Below are positions 1 through 8,463 of a DNA stretch of 64,000 nt, one piece after another (the stretch's first letter is position 1; each line of letters begins with the position of its first letter). Where the stretch lies: the NCBI GenBank assembly GCA_902801485.1, contig CADCIP010000010.1:25465-89464 (forward strand), read 5' to 3'. This DNA is from an uncultured Bacteroidales bacterium (GTDB taxonomy: Bacteria > Bacteroidota > Bacteroidia > Bacteroidales > Bacteroidaceae). Made by a program: the position numbers and the translations under genes. The notes under the pieces were generated by a model. The model was given only the letters and a program-made list of their open reading frames with translations. It was not told the DNA's origin and made no database searches.

Positions 1-939
1 CAGAAAATGCAACAGATAAACATCCAGTGTGCGTTGTCCAATATATTGAAGGGCTTTCCCTACGGGATGTTCTGTGGTAAACCGTTTTTTATTATAGCGG
101 AAGAACATTACCACGATAAGTAACAGTGTGTACATGGCTGTGGTGCGGGGCAGGTTGGTCCATGCAAACTTCAGGGCGTGCCATTTGAAAATGTCGGCAC
201 AGCAGACTACAGCCAAGGTTGACACAAGGGGGAAGAACCAAACGCTGTCAAACAGTTTTTGTATTCTATCCCAATACCTGTGTACAATATTGCCCAAAAG
301 GAAGAACTGCGTGAAGCGGATGGTCTGAACGAAACTGGTATAGGAAAAGAACGGGTCCTTGTGGTATGAGAACAGCTTGGGAAGGTACAGTGTTTCGTAT
401 GCGGCGATGGAGAGAAACCAGACGGTAATCCAGAAGACCATCGAAAGTTGAAAGTTGAAAGTTGAGAGTTGAGAGTTTTTTCCTGAAACTTTTTCCTTTA
501 TCTTTTTCAGGTAATGGGCGATGATGCTGATGGTGTAGTAAATGAGGAACATCTGCAATAGAACCCAGGTAAACCAATATCCATCCTTGGTGGGACTCTT
601 TAGGGCATTCAGGAAACCTTCCCAAAAAGCATACTTGGATTTGAAGATGATAAATATACTCAGGAATATAAGGGCTGGTATAATCTGCACATGCAATTTT
701 TTAAGTACCAGAGGGATCGTATTTTTCAGATTCCATACGAAGTTTGCCTTATATGCCAGGAATCCGCTCACAAAAAAGAATAGGGGCATACGGAAGAGCA
801 CCAGAAAGGGTAGGGCTGCACTTGTCTTCTCATTTTCTACAAACCCGAACTGTGCCACATGATACGCCACCACCAGTATCATGGTAAATCCTCGCATGGC
901 ATCCAGCCATTCTATACGCTTTGATTCTTCACTCTTCAT
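1..939 (-). CDS. Acyltransferase family 3 membrane protein (O-acyltransferase). N-terminal 313 codons only; the ORF runs off the left window edge
   Basis: I translated the minus strand from the ATG at 939-937 and found no stop down to base 1. It is absent from the ORF track because it has no in-window stop. The translation MKSEESKRIEWLDAMRGFTMILVVAYHVAQF..FRMPLFFFVSGFLAYK, followed by multiple hydrophobic segments, is typical of Acyl_transf_3 N-termini. Confidence 0.7.
   Translation of the reverse strand, partial: MKSEESKRIEWLDAMRGFTMILVVAYHVAQFGFVENEKTSAALPFLVLFRMPLFFFVSGFLAYKANFVWNLKNTIPLVLKKLHVQIIPALIFLSIFIIFKSKYAFWEGFLNALKSPTKDGYWFTWVLLQMFLIYYTISIIAHYLKKIKEKVSGKNSQLSTFNFQLSMVFWITVWFLSIAAYETLYLPKLFSYHKDPFFSYTSFVQTIRFTQFFLLGNIVHRYWDRIQKLFDSVWFFPLVSTLAVVCCADIFKWHALKFAWTNLPRTTAMYTLLLIVVMFFRYNKKRFTTEHPVGKALQYIGQRTLDVYLLHFL
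443..477. repeat. In-CDS heptamer tandem repeat, GAAAGTT x3 + GAGAGTT x2
   Basis: Five contiguous 7-nt units read directly. On the coding (minus) strand they encode NSQLSTFNFQLS within the acyltransferase. Confidence 0.9.
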
Positions 940-984
940 TCTTCTTTTTAACTAGGGTCTAACGTCTAATGCCTAACGTCTTTC
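924..984. repeat. Short-repeat blocks at a gene junction: A[TC]TCTTC x3 (924-944, overlapping the acyltransferase ATG) and G[TC]CTAA[CT] x4 (957-984, overlapping the 3' end of the 734-aa CDS)
   Basis: Units read directly: attcttc actcttc attcttc, then gtctaac gtctaat gcctaac gtctttc. Confidence 0.85.
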
Positions 985-3170
985 TCTCCCCCAAGGGGGA
1001 GTAGGAGGGGGCTTACCTCCTTCGCGCATTGTTCTACATTATAATATTTCTCCGCTAAGAGTCGTCCCTTGCGCCCCATCTCTTTGGCTTCTTCGGGATG
1101 TGCTGCTATGTATTGGATAGCTCGTTCCCAACCTTCTCTGTCGTAAGGTTCCAGGTAAATACCGCATCCCTCAGCCTCCAGATCCATAGGCATCTGAGGA
1201 TTACGGGTACAGAGGATAGGTTTCCCTAAAGCCAGAGCTTCTACCACGGTGGTTAGTCCCACGGTATAGTTGCTTTGTTCGCAGCAGATACATACGCACT
1301 GACTCTGTGCTACCAGTAAGGCAATTTCGTAAGGCATGAGTCTGTCGCCAAATTGAAGGTTGATATTCTCTTTTATCTCAAGGTCAGCAAATATCCATTC
1401 CAGCTGTTTCTGGGTATAAAGAGTAAGGGGCTGCCCCGTATTATTAAAAGCCTCTGTCAATGTTTTATAGTCCCTCAGCTCTTTTCCTGTAGAGATAAAG
1501 GGGCAAGGGTGCTTGCCGTCGGGTCGCAGGCTATCATAGAATGCCAGATCAGCTCCCCAATGAACCATGCTCATGCGGGCCGGGTCGGCTTTTTCCGATT
1601 TCAAACTGTCCTGTATCAGTTTTTCAGAGAAAAAAATCATGTGGTCCATTCCTTTGTAGAATAGGCGTGCCAAAGTTTCGCGTAAACGACTTTTGGCTTC
1701 TACAATCGGTTGGTGATGCCATACCACAATCCTCTTCCGGTACAGACCTATGGCATGCAACAGTATTATGGGTTCAATTCCACGTGTATGTGTTGCATAC
1801 AGAATGTCGTATTGTTGACGACAAGTAAGAATCTTCCAACTGGCCTTCAGTGTATCCTGTACACGTTTGTATAAATGAATCTGATCATGCCAGATAACTT
1901 CATAGCCGTATTGCTCCAGTTGCAGTGCACCGTACAGAAAGTGGGCAGGAAATTTTCCGTCTTTCCATTCCCGGACAATGCGTGCCGTATCTTGGGTGTG
2001 ATAGAAATATACAGACCCTCTCCATACCTTCCCCTCTAAGGGGAGGCTCTTTCCGCTCAGCCAGAATACCCTTTCGATGTATGGCACCAACAGCGTGCAG
2101 ACGACAAGGACCAGGATGGTCATTGCCAGCATGTCAGGAATGCTCCTTTTGATGTTGTGCTCCATGAGCATCGAAATGTAAACATAGCACATAACCAGGG
2201 GGTAGTGCCCGATATAGTAAACCATGCTGTGCTCCCCGATATAGCAGATGCCTGGTATGCGTCTTACATGTGTGGTCAGCAGGATTCCTGACAGTCCGGT
2301 CAGTGCCAGCATCGTATTCAGCATCACACGCCAGAACGGTCCGATGAAGGTGTTGGTCTTCATTTCGTATTCACCATGCAGGTAGATGTTCACACATACA
2401 AACGCTACGACCAGGATGATGCTGGCAATCAGCCCCTTCTTGTCTTTTATCTTGTCCAATGTTATATGCCATACTTTTCCTAAATAGAAGAAAAAGGCAC
2501 CGCAGAAAACATTGTCCATCATGAAATAGAGAGGATTACCTTGTTTGAAAAGCCAATAGCTCAGCAAGGGGAAGACTAGGATTATCAGATGCAGGTGCCG
2601 GACTTTCTCTATAAAGTGGACTATAATATATGAGGTAAAGAAACAGGGGAGGAACCAGAGCGGACTATTGCCCCATGTAAAGCCTCCCGCCCATATATTG
2701 TAGTTTTGGAAGGAGCGTTCTGTGCCGGGAAATCTCCCGGGGAAGAGCAACATAAAGAACAGACATACACATGCGCTGATGGCAGCCCACGAGAAATAGG
2801 GAATCATCAACCGGCGGAACTTGTCCCAGCAGTAAGTCTTGGAATCACCTTGTACCCCTTTGTTGAAATAACCTGCCTTGAAGAAAAAGAAACTCATCAG
2901 GTAGAAACTCCACTCCATAATTGCCTTCCACCAGTCGGTCTGCCTGAGTGCTGTCTGGCAGACAACGTGCAGCGTTACCATCCTCAGGATGCATAGTCCG
3001 CACAGGATGTCAAAGGCGTGGTTCCGGAGGCCCCCTCCCTTCCTGACCACCTTCGTGAATGGGGATTCGCTCACCTTTGTGGGGCCGGAGCCACACTCAG
3101 TGGCTCCTCTGAAGACCCCAGTCGCCCTTTGGGTGAGGAGTTCTTTTTCTGTTGCTGTTGCTACATTCAT
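966..3170 (-). CDS. Fusion protein: multi-TM acyltransferase-3-like N-half plus GT4/GT1-like glycosyltransferase C-half (734 aa)
   Basis: 734-aa ORF. The N-half has about 10 hydrophobic segments (RNHAFDILCGLCILRMVTLHV..., acyltransferase-like). The C-half is soluble and carries a GT-B-like tail motif (GLTTVVEALALGKPILCT). The ATG overlaps the stop of the upstream flippase gene (ATGA). Confidence 0.65.
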   Translation of the reverse strand: MNVATATEKELLTQRATGVFRGATECGSGPTKVSESPFTKVVRKGGGLRNHAFDILCGLCILRMVTLHVVCQTALRQTDWWKAIMEWSFYLMSFFFFKAGYFNKGVQGDSKTYCWDKFRRLMIPYFSWAAISACVCLFFMLLFPGRFPGTERSFQNYNIWAGGFTWGNSPLWFLPCFFTSYIIVHFIEKVRHLHLIILVFPLLSYWLFKQGNPLYFMMDNVFCGAFFFYLGKVWHITLDKIKDKKGLIASIILVVAFVCVNIYLHGEYEMKTNTFIGPFWRVMLNTMLALTGLSGILLTTHVRRIPGICYIGEHSMVYYIGHYPLVMCYVYISMLMEHNIKRSIPDMLAMTILVLVVCTLLVPYIERVFWLSGKSLPLEGKVWRGSVYFYHTQDTARIVREWKDGKFPAHFLYGALQLEQYGYEVIWHDQIHLYKRVQDTLKASWKILTCRQQYDILYATHTRGIEPIILLHAIGLYRKRIVVWHHQPIVEAKSRLRETLARLFYKGMDHMIFFSEKLIQDSLKSEKADPARMSMVHWGADLAFYDSLRPDGKHPCPFISTGKELRDYKTLTEAFNNTGQPLTLYTQKQLEWIFADLEIKENINLQFGDRLMPYEIALLVAQSQCVCICCEQSNYTVGLTTVVEALALGKPILCTRNPQMPMDLEAEGCGIYLEPYDREGWERAIQYIAAHPEEAKEMGRKGRLLAEKYYNVEQCAKEVSPLLLPLGGEKDVRH
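986..1012 (+). repeat. GC-rich palindromic element copy E1 (CTCCCCC-AA-GGGGGAG-TA-GGAGGGGGC)
   Basis: Perfect 7-bp stem with a 2-nt loop followed by a G-rich tail. It lies inside the last 17 codons of the 734-aa CDS (..SPLLLPLGGEKDVRH). Confidence 0.85.
2015..2049 (-). repeat. GC-rich palindromic element copy E2 (reverse orientation) at the acyltransferase/GT junction
   Basis: The minus strand reads gagCCTCCCCttagaGGGGAAGGtatGGAGAGGGtc. It is translated in frame as SLPLEGKVWRGS around residue 375 of the 734-aa ORF. Confidence 0.8.
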
Positions 3171-4741
3171 TCTTGTGAATCTGGTTTGTTCTTGTGGGAT
3201 TTCTTCCCTCCCCTAAAGGGGAAGTTGGAGGGGGCTAAATATTCTATGCTTTCTCTCATAATCTTGGCACCGCTAATCCACATAATACCGGCATACAAGG
3301 TTGCTGCCATAACAATCCTGCTCAGCAGTCTTAGCCACATGATGGGTATTCCGCCTGTTGCCCACCAGGTAAAGGAATGAACGGCCAGTGTAAACACCAG
3401 GAAGGGCAGGATGTCCTTCAGTGTTTCCCTCCATCGTAAGCCTATCAGGCGTTTTGCGCACCACTGCCAGATGCCCAGCCATGCAACGTTCAGCCCGATA
3501 AAGTAGAGTACCATCGGCATCAGTCCCTTGGGATACAGAGGAATCAGACCCGCCCAAACGGCCAGACATTGCCCGATGGTGCACGCCAGGTTGATGTTAC
3601 TCTTGCCACGACTGATGGTGAGGTTGCTGTACAGCGTCGTAATGGGAACAACGGCACCGTGTATGCACAGCAGTGCTAATATGAGACCGCTTTCAGCCCA
3701 CTTTTCCTTTCCCACTAGCAGAATAAAGTCCTGTGCAATAATCGCCAATCCGAACATGGCGGGGAAGGTGACGAAGCAGGTGAAGCGCATCATCTTGCGG
3801 AATACGCTTCTGTATCGTTCGGTATCCTCGTTTACTTGGGCCAAAGTGGGCTGGGCCACGCTTGTAACCATACCGTTGATGGTGTTCGAAGCCATGTCGT
3901 CCCATTTCCTTGCTTGTGTATAGATACCTGCAACATGGTTGCTGATATACTTTTTCAGTAAAACGGAAAACGCTTCCCTGTTCAAAATGTTAAAGATGTT
4001 GGTAATCATTAACTTGCTGCTGAATCCGAACATCTGCCAGGCAGGAGCAAGGATAGCTGATAGTTGATAGTTGATAGTTGATAGTTGGGAACCATGGGGT
4101 GAGTACCCAGGTCGCTTCTGGCGACCTGTTCTGAAGGGGGCTGTCGGTCTCCAAGGCGAGAAGTACCATGCCATGGTCTGTACTACTACTACAAAACTGA
4201 CGGCCTGGATGACAAGACCCCAATAGTGGAATCCGTTACATGCTAAGGTAACGCCAATGATGCCGGAAATCAGAACGCCGCAGATGTTGCAGATGCTGGT
4301 TTCCTTTACCATCAGATGCCCAAAGAGATAGGCTCGTTGGGCGGTTCCTATACCAGAGAAAAGAAAGCCCAGGAATATTACTCTCGACAGTACCACATAG
4401 TCAGGGTCGTTATAGAAGTCTGCTATCAGCGGGGCACAGAACCACAATATCAGGTAGAGCGTTGCGCTCACCAGTATGTTGAACCAGAAGACGGCATTGT
4501 ATTCCTCGTGCGTAGGTTCCTTCTTGTTGCAGAGGGCAGCAATGAAACCGCTCTCCTGAAGGGCGTTTGCCAAGGCTGCAAAGATGTTTAGCGCAGCAAA
4601 CTTGCCATAATCGTCGGCGTCAAGTTCGTACATCAGTATAAGTCCGAACATGGCGCTAAACAACTGCATGATTCCGTTCGACAAACCTCCCCAGATAAGT
4701 CCTTTTGCCGTACGCTCTTTCAGAGTATTTTCAACATTCAT
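3167..4741 (-). CDS. Wzx-like polysaccharide/O-antigen flippase (MOP/PST family), 524 aa
   Basis: The N-terminus is MNVENTLKERTAKGLIWGGLSNGIMQLFSAMFGLILMYELDADDYGKF. With about 12 or more hydrophobic segments, it resembles Polysacc_synt-type flippases. It sits beside acyltransferase and GT genes. Confidence 0.75.
   Translation of the reverse strand: MNVENTLKERTAKGLIWGGLSNGIMQLFSAMFGLILMYELDADDYGKFAALNIFAALANALQESGFIAALCNKKEPTHEEYNAVFWFNILVSATLYLILWFCAPLIADFYNDPDYVVLSRVIFLGFLFSGIGTAQRAYLFGHLMVKETSICNICGVLISGIIGVTLACNGFHYWGLVIQAVSFVVVVQTMAWYFSPWRPTAPFRTGRQKRPGYSPHGSQLSTINYQLSAILAPAWQMFGFSSKLMITNIFNILNREAFSVLLKKYISNHVAGIYTQARKWDDMASNTINGMVTSVAQPTLAQVNEDTERYRSVFRKMMRFTCFVTFPAMFGLAIIAQDFILLVGKEKWAESGLILALLCIHGAVVPITTLYSNLTISRGKSNINLACTIGQCLAVWAGLIPLYPKGLMPMVLYFIGLNVAWLGIWQWCAKRLIGLRWRETLKDILPFLVFTLAVHSFTWWATGGIPIMWLRLLSRIVMAATLYAGIMWISGAKIMRESIEYLAPSNFPFRGGKKSHKNKPDSQE
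3203..3235 (+). repeat. GC-rich palindromic element copy E3
   Basis: cttCCCTCCCCtaaaGGGGAAGttGGAGGGGGC. It lies in the 3' end of the flippase CDS and encodes ..APSNFPFRGGKK.. of its tail. Confidence 0.8.
4052..4086. repeat. In-CDS heptamer tandem repeat, GATAGCT x1 + GATAGTT x4
   Basis: Four perfect units and one variant read directly. They encode SQLSTINYQLSAI in the flippase. Confidence 0.9.
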
Positions 4742-4848
4742 AGCACAAAAGTACAGACTTTTTAAAGAAAATCATGCATCTGTTTTACTGAAATCTCTTT
4801 TTTGCTGTATGATTGGTTCTTTTTTTTGGAAATTCGGCGAAATATTTC

Positions 4849-4856
4849 TACTTTTG
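4849..4856 (+). promoter_or_regulatory. Bacteroidetes-type -7 box (TACTTTTG, TAnnTTTG consensus) upstream of the V-ATPase D gene
   Basis: Exact match to TAnnTTTG about 40 nt upstream of the ATG at 4897, in a divergent intergenic region. Confidence 0.45.
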
Positions 4857-4896
4857 TGCCGATATTTGATTAATAGAGGCTAACTCAAAGTAATAG

Positions 4897-5520
4897 ATGG
4901 CAATAAAGTTTCAATATAATAAGACTTCTCTACAGCAGATCGAGAAGAATCTGAAGATGCGTCAGCGTACCTTGCCTATCATTAAAAGCAAGGAGACGGC
5001 TTTGCGTCTTGAGGTGAAGAAATGCAAGGAGGAGGCCGATGAACTTGAACAAAAACTGCAAAGTCAGATCGCTGGCTATGAGCGTATGTATGCGTTGTGG
5101 GGTGAGTTCGATACTTCGCTGGTAAGTCTGAAGGATGTGCAACTGAATGTAAAGAAGATAGCGGGTGTACGTGTTCCTATCCTCGAAAACATCGAGTTGG
5201 AGGTTCGTCCTTTCGGATTGTTCAGCGCTCCCAAATGGTATTTCGATGGAATCAACCTCCTTCAGGGGCTGGCAAAGACTGCTGTTGAACGGGAGTTCGT
5301 TTTCGCAAAGCTTCACCTGTTGGAGCATGCCCGTAAGAAGACAACCCAGAAAGTGAACCTTTTCGAGAAGGTGCAGATTCCGGGCTTCCAGGAGGCTGTC
5401 CGTAAGATCAAGCGTTTCATGGAGGACGAGGAGAACTTGTCTAAGTCGTCACAGAAGATTCTGAAATCTTTGCAGGAAAAGCGCCGTGCTGAGGACGAAG
5501 AAAAGGAGGTTGCCGTATGA
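4897..5520 (+). CDS. ntpD: V-type ATP synthase subunit D
   Basis: 207-aa coiled-coil protein beginning MAIKFQYNKTSLQQIEKNLKMRQRTLPIIKSKETALRLEV. Its stop overlaps the start of the subunit I gene (ATGA). Confidence 0.85.
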   Translation: MAIKFQYNKTSLQQIEKNLKMRQRTLPIIKSKETALRLEVKKCKEEADELEQKLQSQIAGYERMYALWGEFDTSLVSLKDVQLNVKKIAGVRVPILENIELEVRPFGLFSAPKWYFDGINLLQGLAKTAVEREFVFAKLHLLEHARKKTTQKVNLFEKVQIPGFQEAVRKIKRFMEDEENLSKSSQKILKSLQEKRRAEDEEKEVAV

Positions 5521-7385
5521 TTGAGAAAATGAAAAAGTTCACCTTCTTGGTGACAGAAAAAGAATATGATTCTTTCATCGCCTCACTGCGTGAACTGGGT
5601 GTAGTACATGTTCAGCAGTTACAGAAAGGTGCCACCAGCGAGGAGTTGCAAGACGGTATGGCGCTGGAGCAACGTTACAAGTCGGTACTTCAGGCTTTGG
5701 AGATTTATACCAAGACCTATAAGGAAATAACAGTTCCTCAGACTATCCGGGAAAATGCCTTACCCGAGGCATTACTGAAGCATGTCGAAGATTTGCAGGC
5801 CGAGGAGTTGAATCTGTTGCATAATATCGATGCGTTGCAGAAGAATATCAGTATGCTGGAGCCCTGGGGCGACTTCGACCCTGCCAGTGTGAAACACCTT
5901 TCCGATACAAGTGCCCAGCAGATTCATTTCTACCGTTGCAGTACCAAGTTCTTCAAGCACGAATGGGTAGATGCCTATTTTGCTACGCCTATCAACGAGC
6001 AGGACAAAAGTACATATTTCATCACCTTCAGCGAGGAAACGCCCGACATACAGGCTGAGCAGATTTTCCTTCCTGCAGGAACATTAAGCGGTTATATCGC
6101 CGAGCGCAAAGCAGAAGAGGAGAAACTGAATGCCGTTCGTGCTGAACTGTTGTATATCAATGCCAACCTGCGTCCCGAATTAGAGAAGGGTCTTGTAAAG
6201 GTGCAGAACGATATTTCTCTCAGTAAGGTTCATCTTAGCGACGAGCGTATTGCCGGTGATATGGTTCGTCTGATGATGGGCTGGGTACGTGCCGACAAGA
6301 CAGAAGCCCTTGTGGAGTATCTCGAGAAGGACAGGATTTATTACGAGATGGAAGACCCTGCATACGAGGATGATGTGCCCATTCAGATAACAAACGGTAG
6401 TTACACAAGTCTCTTCGAGCCCATCTTGCGTATGTATTCTCTGCCCAACTACCACGATATCGACCCCTCAATCTTCTTTGCTCCTTTCTTCATGCTGTTC
6501 TTTGGCTTGTGCTTAGGCGACGGCGGCTATGGCCTGCTGGTTCTCCTGGGTGGAGCTTATCTGGCATGGAAGGGTTCAGATGATATGAAGAGCTATGGAC
6601 GTCTGGGTATCTGGCTAGGTTTGGCAACCACCATCTGTGGCCTCTTCACCGGAACCGTATTCGGAATCGACCTGACGAAGCAGGATTGGGCATTGTTGGC
6701 CCCTGTCAAGCCATACTTTATCAACGATAACGGTATTGGTCCCATCTTCGGTTACTCGCCCATGATGGTATTATCTGTAATCATCGGTTTGGTTCAGGTT
6801 TTGCTTGGTATGGTGCTGAAGGCTTGCAAAGCCTGGAGAAACTATGGTTTCGGCTATTCCATCGGTACATTCAGTTGGGTATTTGCCCTGCTTTCGCTCA
6901 TAGCCCTATATGGCTTGCCTGCCTGTAACGTTGTTTTGCCGGAACCTGTTCGGTATGTGCTCATGGGAATTATCGGCATCAGTGTCATTGGTATCTTCCT
7001 GTACAATAATCCATCAGCATACAAGAACCCCATTACCGGACCGTTGCTTAATATCGGTGGCGGCGTATGGGCTACATATAATATGTCAACGGGTTTGTTG
7101 GGCGACTTGCTCAGTTACATCCGTCTCTTTGCGCTCGGACTGACAGGTGGTGTGTTGGGCGGTGTGTTCAATTCACTTGCTTTCGACCTCACCAGCAGTT
7201 TGCCTTGGTTTATCCGTTGGCTGCCGATGGTCCTCATCCTGCTGGCAGGTCATGGTATCACCTTCGCCCTGAGTATGATCAGTGCTTTCGTGCATCCCAT
7301 GCGACTCACTTTCGTGGAGTTCTTCAAGAATGCTAACTTCGAGGGTGGTGGCAAGGAGTACACTCCGTTCAGGACGGTAAAGTGA
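5517..7385 (+). CDS. ntpI: V-type ATP synthase subunit I (a-subunit, stator/proton channel)
   Basis: 622 aa. It has a soluble N-half and a multi-TM C-half containing LSYIRLFALGL, the conserved Arg helix of a-subunits. It lies between the D and K genes. Confidence 0.9.
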   Translation: MIEKMKKFTFLVTEKEYDSFIASLRELGVVHVQQLQKGATSEELQDGMALEQRYKSVLQALEIYTKTYKEITVPQTIRENALPEALLKHVEDLQAEELNLLHNIDALQKNISMLEPWGDFDPASVKHLSDTSAQQIHFYRCSTKFFKHEWVDAYFATPINEQDKSTYFITFSEETPDIQAEQIFLPAGTLSGYIAERKAEEEKLNAVRAELLYINANLRPELEKGLVKVQNDISLSKVHLSDERIAGDMVRLMMGWVRADKTEALVEYLEKDRIYYEMEDPAYEDDVPIQITNGSYTSLFEPILRMYSLPNYHDIDPSIFFAPFFMLFFGLCLGDGGYGLLVLLGGAYLAWKGSDDMKSYGRLGIWLGLATTICGLFTGTVFGIDLTKQDWALLAPVKPYFINDNGIGPIFGYSPMMVLSVIIGLVQVLLGMVLKACKAWRNYGFGYSIGTFSWVFALLSLIALYGLPACNVVLPEPVRYVLMGIIGISVIGIFLYNNPSAYKNPITGPLLNIGGGVWATYNMSTGLLGDLLSYIRLFALGLTGGVLGGVFNSLAFDLTSSLPWFIRWLPMVLILLAGHGITFALSMISAFVHPMRLTFVEFFKNANFEGGGKEYTPFRTVK

Positions 7386-7392
7386 ATAACGA

Positions 7393-7445
7393 AACCGCTA
7401 ATCGCTAACCGCTAACCGCTAACCCGTAAACAGTAAACCGTAAAC
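7393..7445. repeat. Heptamer blocks AA[CT]CGCT x4, then [CA]GTAAAC x3
   Basis: Read directly, immediately after the ntpI stop codon. Confidence 0.9.
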
Positions 7446-7594
7446 AAAATAAATATTAATCCCTCATAAGACATCGTTCGTTTTTCGTAACGAAGCTGGC
7501 TAACCAAAATAGTAATTCTTTATATAAATAAGGTTGCAAAGCCCGGTTCGGCAAAGCCCAAATTATAAATGATGAATGATGGATTATGAATTAA

Positions 7595-8056
<462 letters not shown>

Positions 8057-8111
8057 TAGGGGTTAACGGTTATGGGTTAACGTTTTCGTTATCGTTTCCG
8101 TTTGTTTAATA

Positions 8112-8145
8112 AAGGCAAGAAGCGTAATGCTCCTTGCCTTTTTTG
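8112..8145 (+). terminator. Rho-independent terminator after ntpK
   Basis: AAGGCAAG..agc gtaat gct..CTTGCCTT stem followed by TTTTTTG. Confidence 0.65.
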
Positions 8146-8204
8146 TTACCTGAAAAATCTTCACACCCCCACAAAAATATCGTTATTCTTTTTAACCGGT
8201 TATC

Positions 8205-8459
8205 GTTTACAGTTTACGGTTTACAGTTTACGGTTTACAGTTTACCGTTTACCGTTTACAGTTCCGCTAACCGCTAATCGCTAGCCGCTAATCGCTAATC
8301 GCTAACCTCTAGCCGCTAACCTACCGCTAACCTCTAACCGCTAACCTCTAACCGCTAACCTCTAACCGCTAATCGCTAACCTCTAATCGCTAATCGCTAA
8401 TCGCTAACCGCTAATCGCTAATCGCTAACCGCTAACCTCTAACCGCTAATCGCTATACC
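8205..8459. repeat. About 255-bp heptamer array: [CAG]GTTTAC x8, then about 28 units of C[GT]CTAA[CT]/CCTCTAA
   Basis: Read directly. It fills the space between the convergent ntpK and outer membrane protein genes. Confidence 0.95.
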
Positions 8460-8463
8460 AACC

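Noticed and set aside
128-862. Three listed ORFs (128-328 plus strand, 266-625 minus strand, 542-862 plus strand) at the left edge
   Set aside because: All overlap a stop-free minus-strand frame (939 down to 1) that encodes a convincing acyltransferase-3 N-terminus. The 266-625 ORF is in a different frame of the same strand and includes the heptamer tract.
8102-8459. The heptamer array considered as a CRISPR array, or as the 60-aa ORF at 8102-8284
   Set aside because: The period is 7 nt with no unique spacers and no repeat of CRISPR length. The ORF translation (RLQFTVYSLRFTVYRLPFTV) only mirrors the repeat.
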